From positions 848-64,847 of the forward strand of contig LBTY01000001.1 in assembly GCA_000992305.1 (NCBI GenBank): a DNA stretch of 64,000 nucleotides. The letters are read 5' to 3'. The number at the start of each line of letters is the position of its first letter. The stretch's first letter is position 1. Source of the stretch: a candidate division TM6 bacterium GW2011_GWF2_38_10 (lineage in GTDB: Bacteria > Babelota > Babeliae > Babelales > RVW-14). Positions 62,172 through 64,000 of this stretch are shown piece by piece. The translations under genes were made by a program, and so were the position numbers. Under the pieces are notes generated by a model. The model saw only the letters and a list, made by a program, of their open reading frames with translations, ran no database searches and was not told the DNA's origin.

Positions 62172-63956
62172 ATGAGATTTACTATGCAATTGTTAAAAAG
62201 AACCGAGTGGTGCGGACAGATTGGTACCGCTCATTGCGGTAAGCAAGTTATTATTTCGGGGTGGGTGCAAAAACGTAGAAACTTAGGAGGGCTTGTTTTT
62301 CTGGATGTGCGCGATCGCACCGGGGTTGTCCAAGTCGTTTTTGATCCAAGCGTTAATAATGAGCTTACGCAGGCGGCTCAAGATGTTCGGTCTGAGTATG
62401 TTATTGCCATACAGGGTGTTGGTGCACAGCGCGAAGCATCTGCTGTCAATAAGGCAATGGCGACGGGGCATGTTGAGATTCAAGCCGCTCAATTAGTTGT
62501 TTTTAGTAAGTCTGCGGTTATGCCATTTCCGCTTGAAGATGATGCGGTTTCTGAGGAGTTGCGCCTTACGTACCGCTATCTTGATTTGCGCCGCAAAAAA
62601 ATGTTTGATTTTTTGCAGTTGCGACATGATGTTATTCATTCCATGAGACAGTATTTTAATGAACATGGTTTTTTAGAAGTTGAAACTCCAATATTGTCAA
62701 AGAGTACGCCAGAAGGAGCGCGTGACTTTTTGGTGCCGTGTCGCTTGCAGCCTGAACTTTTTTATGCGCTTCCTCAGTCGCCGCAAATTTATAAACAGCT
62801 TTTGATGGTGGGTGGCATAGAGCGTTATTTTCAGATTGCTCGTTGTTTTCGTGATGAGGCTTTGCGTTCTAATCGTCAGCCAGAATTTACGCAGCTTGAT
62901 ATAGAAATGTCATTCGTTGATGAGATTGACATTCAAACAATGTGTGAAGGGTTATTCGCTCGTCTATGGAAGCAATTTTTGGGGAAGGAATTATCATTGC
63001 CGCTTGCTCGTTTTTCGTATCAGGATGTATTTTCTCGCTATGGGAGCGATAAACCTGATACACGCTTTGGTTTAGAAATTGCTGATATTACCTCATTGTT
63101 TCACGATGGGTCTGTGGGCTTTTTAACATCGATTGTTAATGATGGCGGGCACATTGGTGCGTTTTGTGTAAAAGACAAACGGTTTAGCCGTTCGGAACTT
63201 GATGCGTTATCATCCTTTGCTTTAAAAGAACTTGGTGCAAAAGGGTTGCTGTGGGTTCGTAAGCGTGATGATGGTTCTTACGATTCTGCTATTGCAAAAA
63301 ATATTACGGCTGATTTTTGGCAACATGCGCGAGAAAAATTTCAGGATCTTACCGATGCCGATACGCTTTTTATTGTTGCAGGGCGCTATGAACAAGCGTG
63401 GACCATTTTGGGGCAGTTGCGATTGCATATTGGTAAAAAGCTTGATCTTATTGATCAGTCTAAGCAGGAAATGTTTTGGGTAACTGATTTTCCTATGTTT
63501 GAATGGAATGAGGATGAAAAGCGTTGGGAAGCTAAGCACCATCCATTTACCTCTCCGGAGCAGGGCTGGGAACTCAAAGAACTTGGTGATGTAAAAGCTC
63601 GCGCATATGATCTTGTCTGCAATGGTGAAGAACTTGGCGGAGGGTCGATTCGTATTCATGATGCGGCAGTGCAAGAAAAAGTATTTGCTGCACTTGGCAT
63701 ATCGGCCGAAAAAGCGCGCGAAAAATTTGGATTTTTACTCGAAGCCCAAGGGTTTGGGTATCCACCCGATGGAGGTATTGCTTTTGGGATTGACCGCATG
63801 ATTATGATGCTTGGTGGAACCGATTCGATACGTGATGTTATTGCATTTCCTAAAACAACTACGGGATCGTGCTTGATGATGCAAACGCCTGCTTCTGTTG
63901 AACAAAACCAGCTTGACGATCTGCATCTTGTGCTTTCATCATCCAAAAAATCTTAA
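62172..63956 (+). CDS. aspS: Aspartyl-tRNA synthetase
   Basis: Class IIb motifs: GWVQKRRNLGGLVFLDVRDRTG, FEVETPIL, FRDEALRSNRQPEFTQLD, GGGSIRIH, GIAFGIDR. An alternative start lies at 62184 (MQLLKRTEW). Confidence 0.93.
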   Translation: MRFTMQLLKRTEWCGQIGTAHCGKQVIISGWVQKRRNLGGLVFLDVRDRTGVVQVVFDPSVNNELTQAAQDVRSEYVIAIQGVGAQREASAVNKAMATGHVEIQAAQLVVFSKSAVMPFPLEDDAVSEELRLTYRYLDLRRKKMFDFLQLRHDVIHSMRQYFNEHGFLEVETPILSKSTPEGARDFLVPCRLQPELFYALPQSPQIYKQLLMVGGIERYFQIARCFRDEALRSNRQPEFTQLDIEMSFVDEIDIQTMCEGLFARLWKQFLGKELSLPLARFSYQDVFSRYGSDKPDTRFGLEIADITSLFHDGSVGFLTSIVNDGGHIGAFCVKDKRFSRSELDALSSFALKELGAKGLLWVRKRDDGSYDSAIAKNITADFWQHAREKFQDLTDADTLFIVAGRYEQAWTILGQLRLHIGKKLDLIDQSKQEMFWVTDFPMFEWNEDEKRWEAKHHPFTSPEQGWELKELGDVKARAYDLVCNGEELGGGSIRIHDAAVQEKVFAALGISAEKAREKFGFLLEAQGFGYPPDGGIAFGIDRMIMMLGGTDSIRDVIAFPKTTTGSCLMMQTPASVEQNQLDDLHLVLSSSKKS

Positions 63957-64000
63957 GTGCTGTATAACAATTTTTTTTAAAAAAGGGCATTGTTATGTTG

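Noticed and set aside
63222-63946. Antisense and alternative-frame ORFs within aspS (63222-63674, 63656-63946 and others)
   Set aside because: They are embedded in a strongly supported class II aaRS frame and have no motifs.
1-64000. CRISPR arrays, rRNA genes, intact prophage or integrase genes
   Set aside because: I saw no regularly spaced short direct repeats, no rRNA-like conserved blocks, and no integrase, capsid or terminase-like ORFs. The only phage-named family present (Gp49-like) is the toxin of a two-gene TA module.

Overview
AT-rich bacterial chromosomal segment. Two blocks, about 8.7-14.3 kb and 55.6-60.3 kb, look more G+C-rich by eye; I did not compute this. I could support about 45 protein-coding genes, 4 tRNAs, several hairpin terminators, one decayed IS and a few repeats. 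I saw no rRNA, CRISPR array, intact prophage or intact IS.

Housekeeping genes: rpsA, ndk, glyA, tlyA, two HtrA-like proteases, an ABC-F ATPase, nrdG-nrdD, pgeF, an HhH-GPD glycosylase, ftsQ-ftsA-ftsZ, rlmB, pilC, a DUF167 gene, aspS, and tRNA-Asp, tRNA-Arg and two tRNA-Ser.

The remaining content suggests a host-associated or intracellular lifestyle. My guess is a protist symbiont such as a Dependentiae/TM6-like lineage, but that needs a database search. That content includes:
- Two giant ankyrin-repeat proteins.
- Five signal-peptide-bearing eukaryote-type PPP phosphatases, three of them in tandem.
- A thioredoxin-reductase-like gene with a lipoprotein-type leader.
- Ankyrin-like, Cys-rich secreted proteins.
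- An operon of a GT2 gene plus three GH130 modules.

Most interesting to me:
1. The exported PPP phosphatase paralogue family.
2. A putative lipid-linked deoxy-sugar surface-glycosylation system split into two loci about 45 kb apart. The split transketolase N half sits at one locus and the C half at the other. The system also carries a frameshifted rfbF and an 11-G tract in one GT-C gene.
3. A roughly 3.2 kb accessory island bounded by a 140-bp direct repeat of a gene 3-prime end. It carries a short Hint-domain polymorphic-toxin/immunity pair, a truncated second toxin copy and a decayed IS, with a HigB/HigA-like module next to it.
4. A G+C-rich, highly structured roughly 110-nt intergenic element downstream of ftsZ.
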